DNA of 64,000 bases from Spirochaetaceae bacterium. GTDB lineage: Bacteria > Spirochaetota > Spirochaetia > DSM-27196 > SLST01. The position numbers were made by a program, and so were the translations under genes. The number at the start of each line of letters is the position of its first letter. Position 1 is the stretch's first letter. Shown piece by piece: positions 60,140 through 64,000 of the stretch. The notes below the pieces were generated by a model. The model saw only the letters and a program-made list of their open reading frames with translations, did not search any database and was not told the DNA's origin. Where the stretch lies: positions 1,748 to 65,747 of the forward strand of contig SKQU01000121.1 in NCBI GenBank assembly GCA_007118855.1, given 5' to 3'.

Positions 60140-62008
60140 CTACGGGAGCCCTCGTCCGTACCAGAGCCAGGGATTGTGCCGTGTTCGCAGGTCTGCGATC
60201 GTCTCGGCATAGCTGAGCGAATTGTAGATCCCGTGAACGATGATATTGGTCGCGTAGGGACCCCACCAGTCCCACTCGTTTGCGGCGTCCACCCACACGA
60301 CGGTCACGACATACTGGTCCGAGCCCGGGCTTCGCGGCGTGAACCCGATGTACCACGAATGCTTGCGCTCCTCGGCTGCCGTCTCGGACGTTCCGGTCTT
60401 GCCCCCGGTCGGGGCGTTGGTCGTCATGACCACTTGAGGCGTTCCGTCGAGAACGACTCCCTCCATCGCCTGCTTCACCAGATCGAAGGTCTCGCCGCTT
60501 ATCGCGACGGTCCGCAGCACTTCCGGCTCGCGAGACTCGACGACAGTACCGGTGACCGGATCACGGATCTCCTTGACGATGCGCGGACGGTACACGACGC
60601 CCCTGTTGAGGATGGCTGCAACCATATCGGCAAGCTGCAGCGGGGTGACCTGGAGGAAGCCCTGTCCGATCGAGAAGTTGACCGTATCGCCGGGTCGCCA
60701 TCCGTCGGCGAACACCCGCTCCTTCCACTCGGGACTCGGAACAAGCCCTGCCCGTTCGTTCGGCAGGTCTATACCGGTTCGCTCGCCGAACCCCATGATT
60801 CGCGTGTAGTCGACCAGGGGCTCGATCCCCAGATACTCATTCCCCATCGTGTAGAAGTAGACGTTGCAGCTTTCCGCGAGCGCGTCGAAGAGGCTGACAT
60901 CACCGTGGCCGTACTGTTTATGGCAATGGAACACTCGATTTCCAACGACGTAGTAACCCGGGCAGTTGACGGTACGGTCAACCGGAAACGCATCGTTCTC
61001 GAGTATCGCTGTCGTCAAGAGGACCTTGAAGGTGCTTGCTGGACTCTCCTGCGCCTGAATCGCGCGGTTGATGAAACTCCCGCGAGGGTCGAGTGAGACG
61101 TCGGCGAAGTATGCGCGCCCCCCTTCGCTGTAGAAGAGGTTCGCATCGTAGCGGGGATACGAGACCATGGAAAGGATGTCCCCTGTGGCCGGATCGAGCA
61201 CCAGCGCCGCGCCGACACGGTTTCCGAGCGCCTTCTGTGTCAGGAGCTGGATGTCGCGGTCGAGGGTCAGCACGATGTCGTTCCCCTGTTCCGGGGGAAT
61301 CGAGTTCTGGATATCCTCCGCAACTCTGCGTCCCTGGGCGTCCACAGTCCGGAACTCACGACCGGGACGTCCTCTGAGAAGCTCATCGTACTGCAGTTCC
61401 ACTCCCGCCTTGCCTATGACCGAGTCCGCCGTGTAACCCCGGTTGAACAGGACTTGCAGTTCCTCCGGAGTGATGTCGCCGACGTAGCCCACAACGTGAG
61501 CAAAAGCCTCACCGTCGACGTAGTACCTGACCGGCTTGATCCGCCAGCTGACTCCGGGGAGGCCGTTCTTGCGTTCTGCGACAGGAAGGATGGCGGCGAA
61601 TGAGAGGCCGCTCTTGACCTCGATCGGCTGGAACACGCCCAGGCGCGCGGCCGGAATACGGCGGTGGATCTCGTCCACCGACATGCCGAGCAGTTCGGCA
61701 ACGCTCGCGAAGACGGTATCGATCTGTTCGCGTGGAATCTCGGCCGGGTTGATATCGACGGCAAAGGATTCGCGGTTCGTGGCAATCGGAGTGGTGACGT
61801 TACGATCGTAGATGTTTCCGCGCGGAGCGGCTATGAGCGTGCTGCGTCGCGTCACCTGTTCGGCACGAAGCGCGTAGATATACCCGTCGACGATCTGCAT
61901 GGAAAAGAGGGTTCCCACGTACACGAAAAACACCAGACCGATCACCGCTCCAACGACGATCAGTCGAAGAGTCGGTATGGAATTGCTGCGGTTGCGACCG
62001 AGACTCAT
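60140..62008 (-). CDS. mrdA: Penicillin-binding protein 2 (elongasome transpeptidase)
   Basis: N-terminal TM anchor, SxxK (STFK), SxN (SCN), KTG (KTGTS). Confidence 0.92.
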   Translation of the reverse strand: MSLGRNRSNSIPTLRLIVVGAVIGLVFFVYVGTLFSMQIVDGYIYALRAEQVTRRSTLIAAPRGNIYDRNVTTPIATNRESFAVDINPAEIPREQIDTVFASVAELLGMSVDEIHRRIPAARLGVFQPIEVKSGLSFAAILPVAERKNGLPGVSWRIKPVRYYVDGEAFAHVVGYVGDITPEELQVLFNRGYTADSVIGKAGVELQYDELLRGRPGREFRTVDAQGRRVAEDIQNSIPPEQGNDIVLTLDRDIQLLTQKALGNRVGAALVLDPATGDILSMVSYPRYDANLFYSEGGRAYFADVSLDPRGSFINRAIQAQESPASTFKVLLTTAILENDAFPVDRTVNCPGYYVVGNRVFHCHKQYGHGDVSLFDALAESCNVYFYTMGNEYLGIEPLVDYTRIMGFGERTGIDLPNERAGLVPSPEWKERVFADGWRPGDTVNFSIGQGFLQVTPLQLADMVAAILNRGVVYRPRIVKEIRDPVTGTVVESREPEVLRTVAISGETFDLVKQAMEGVVLDGTPQVVMTTNAPTGGKTGTSETAAEERKHSWYIGFTPRSPGSDQYVVTVVWVDAANEWDWWGPYATNIIVHGIYNSLSYAETIADLRTRHNPWLWYGRGLP

Positions 62009-62520
62009 CAGATGATCTCCCCTCGCCGTCTGTCCGGTTGCAGCCGGTGCATCAAGCCGAGGAACGCAAAGACGACCGGTCCGAGCAGACCGGTATAGGT
62101 TATCTCTATCAGAAAACGGGCTGCGAAAACAGAGTCGGAGACCGATCCGATCGAGAAGAGACCGGCGATCGTCAGCGCGAGAGTCGCCTTGAGCAGTTCG
62201 CCCGCGACAACCAGCACGACGGGCAGGAAGATCGGGTCAACGAACATCTTCCCCCGCGTGATGCCGACGAGCGCCCCTGAGACGGTGTAGATCAGAGCGT
62301 GGAATCCGAGAGGCGCGAGTCCGAGCAGGTCGAGGGTCATGCCGCCGAGAAAGCCGACGAGCTGGCCGGTCATGGTTCCGTTCTTGTTCGCCATGAAGAC
62401 AACGATGATCAGCACGAGGTCCGGAGCTACTCCTGCAATCTCGGTGAATTGCAGAACGGTGCTCTGAATCACCGCGACCGCGCCAATCAGAAGGCCTCCG
62501 TAGACGACGGTCTGAGTCAC
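62008..62520 (-). CDS. mreD: Rod shape-determining protein MreD
   Basis: 170-aa polytopic membrane protein between mreC and mrdA. Confidence 0.75.
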   Translation of the reverse strand: MTQTVVYGGLLIGAVAVIQSTVLQFTEIAGVAPDLVLIIVVFMANKNGTMTGQLVGFLGGMTLDLLGLAPLGFHALIYTVSGALVGITRGKMFVDPIFLPVVLVVAGELLKATLALTIAGLFSIGSVSDSVFAARFLIEITYTGLLGPVVFAFLGLMHRLQPDRRRGEII

Positions 62521-63362
62521 TGGCCGGCCTCCGTGAGGACGAACACGTATTCGAGGCGGCTGAAATCGACCACTGGGCGCAGACCGATCGTCAGCGACGT
62601 TTCGTACGGACGGCCCTGAATGGAGTCAACCGTCGCGATCCGGATTCCTTCCGGAAAGATGCTCCGCATCCCGGAGGTAATCACCACGTCGTCAACAGCG
62701 ATGTCACTGCGGGCCGACTTCGCCACGTAGAGCATGGTCAGAGTCTCTTCGGTGATCCCCACCCCGGACACGAGTCCTTCATGGCGCGACCTGAGCAGAC
62801 GTGCAGCCACGAAAGAGTTGCTGTCGAAAATGGGCATCACGACGGATGTGGTCAGCCCGACCTCGCTCACCCGTCCGACAAGGCCCCGCACCCCATCCTG
62901 GCTCGCGATGACCGGGCTGTCCCTGCGAACGCCCGCCGTACGACCCTTGTTGATCGTGAGGCTGGAGAAGAAGATGCCCGGCTCCTTGGCGATCACCCGT
63001 GCCGGGACACTCACATGCGGCAGGCTGGTCTGAAAGGCAAGAGCCTCGCGAAGGCGCTGGTTCTCCGCCTGCAGCTGCGTGATATCGTCGGCAATAGTCT
63101 CGTTGTGGCGAACCTGTCGCAGAAGATCGTCGTACTGGCGCCTCAATTCAGACAGCTCGCGGATAGAAGTCACCGTGTCGGCGAAGAAGCGTCCCACGGC
63201 AGATGTCGACTGTTGAAACAGCGCCAGAACGCTCTGCCCGACTTCTGCGGGCCGCATCCGCAGTGAATCGGTGGAGACGCTCAGCGATACGAGGCAGGCC
63301 AGGACGAGCGCCGTCAGGGTGAGCGGGTCGCGATGTTTGCCGACGGTTTCACGCAGACGCAC
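62517..63362 (-). CDS. mreC: Rod shape-determining protein MreC
   Basis: N-terminal anchor, coiled coil (…LQAENQRLREALAF…), beta-rich C-domain (…GLVGRVSEV…). Confidence 0.85.
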   Translation of the reverse strand: MRLRETVGKHRDPLTLTALVLACLVSLSVSTDSLRMRPAEVGQSVLALFQQSTSAVGRFFADTVTSIRELSELRRQYDDLLRQVRHNETIADDITQLQAENQRLREALAFQTSLPHVSVPARVIAKEPGIFFSSLTINKGRTAGVRRDSPVIASQDGVRGLVGRVSEVGLTTSVVMPIFDSNSFVAARLLRSRHEGLVSGVGITEETLTMLYVAKSARSDIAVDDVVITSGMRSIFPEGIRIATVDSIQGRPYETSLTIGLRPVVDFSRLEYVFVLTEAGQ

Positions 63363-64000
63363 TACAGACTGTTATACACATTCTTGTTCGTTCTGTGCAC
63401 GCCGCCCTCATAGTCGAAGTACCGGCCGGCACCCAGCGCCACGCAGTTCAGCGGGTCCTCGGCCTTGAAGGCGGGAACCCCCGTCTCGTTGGCGATCAGC
63501 GTGTCGAATCCCTTCAGAAGGCTTCCCCCGCCGGTCATCACGATCCCGCGCTCCACGATATCTGCAGCAAGCTCCGGGGGGGTCTGCCCGAGGGTCCGCT
63601 TGATCTCCTCGACGATCGCGTTTATGGGCTCCTGCAGAGCTTCACGCACCTCAACACTGTCGATCTCAAGGCGTCGCGGGAGCCCGGTTATCGCGTCGGT
63701 CCCCTTGACTTCCATCTTCTCGATCTTCTTGTCCGGGCTTGCATTACCGATGGTCATCTTGAGCTCTTCAGCGGTGCGTTCGCCGATGATGAGGTTGTGC
63801 ACGGTGCGCACGTGTTTGATGATCGCCTCGTCGAACTCGTCTCCGCCGAGTCGGATCGCGTTCGTGACGACCATGCCGCCGAGGCTGATGACCGAGATCT
63901 CGCTCGTGCCCCCCCCAATGTCGACGATCATATGGCCGGCCGGCTCGAAGATGGGGATGTTCGCGCCGATTGCAGCGGCGAGCGATTCATCAATGACCTT
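63362..64000 (-). CDS. mreB: Rod shape-determining protein MreB (5' end outside window)
   Basis: Actin-fold motifs [19 protein letters not shown] and [13 protein letters not shown]. The reading frame stays open to base 64000. Confidence 0.95.
   Translation of the reverse strand, partial: KVIDESLAAAIGANIPIFEPAGHMIVDIGGGTSEISVISLGGMVVTNAIRLGGDEFDEAIIKHVRTVHNLIIGERTAEELKMTIGNASPDKKIEKMEVKGTDAITGLPRRLEIDSVEVREALQEPINAIVEEIKRTLGQTPPELAADIVERGIVMTGGGSLLKGFDTLIANETGVPAFKAEDPLNCVALGAGRYFDYEGGVHRTNKNVYNSL

Overview
GC-rich (strong GC3 bias), very gene-dense chromosomal core segment: about 57 protein genes and almost no non-coding DNA. Gene content and architecture fit a free-living high-GC member of the Spirochaetota best (a 901-aa GreA fusion, a TamB-BamA-Skp block, a long-form Prs). 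This taxon call is an inference, not a database hit. Order of content: lepB (5' cut), yebC-ruvCAB-queA, tmk plus a secreted hypothetical (minus strand), tamB-bamA-skp-mutS, and a 2-gene carotenoid module (minus). Then comF and a double methyltransferase, followed by a 16.5-kb co-directional run: rimP-nusA-infB-rbfA-truB-ribF-rpsO-pnp-dut-lptF-lptG-tgt-murJ-HEAT protein. Next come the giant GreA with a TPR-like partner (minus), a TPR/secreted-protein operon ending in dtd, and prs plus a hypothetical (minus). After that: recA-scpAB-rluB-cmk-rpsA, a GAF sigma54 activator, a membrane TPR-like protein, a CHASE2 adenylate cyclase, a lipoprotein, a GlsB-like protein and mazG. The window ends with rodA-mrdA-mreDCB (minus, mreB cut by the window edge). 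I saw no rRNA, tRNA, IS element, integrase, CRISPR array, restriction-modification, toxin-antitoxin or recognisable defence genes, and no compositional island. I therefore cannot point to a clear discrete novel system. The best candidates for undescribed biology are: (1) the GreA fusion with a CarD/TRCF-RID-like stretch and its translationally coupled partner; (2) the TPR/secreted-protein operon at 40.4-43.5 kb; (3) the sigma54-EBP / 12-nt tandem array / CHASE2 cyclase neighbourhood; (4) the orphan lycopene-cyclase plus CruF-like pair. Many long ORFs in the track are codon-register antisense artefacts of GC3 bias and were rejected. All start codons are inferred by eye and may be off by a few codons.
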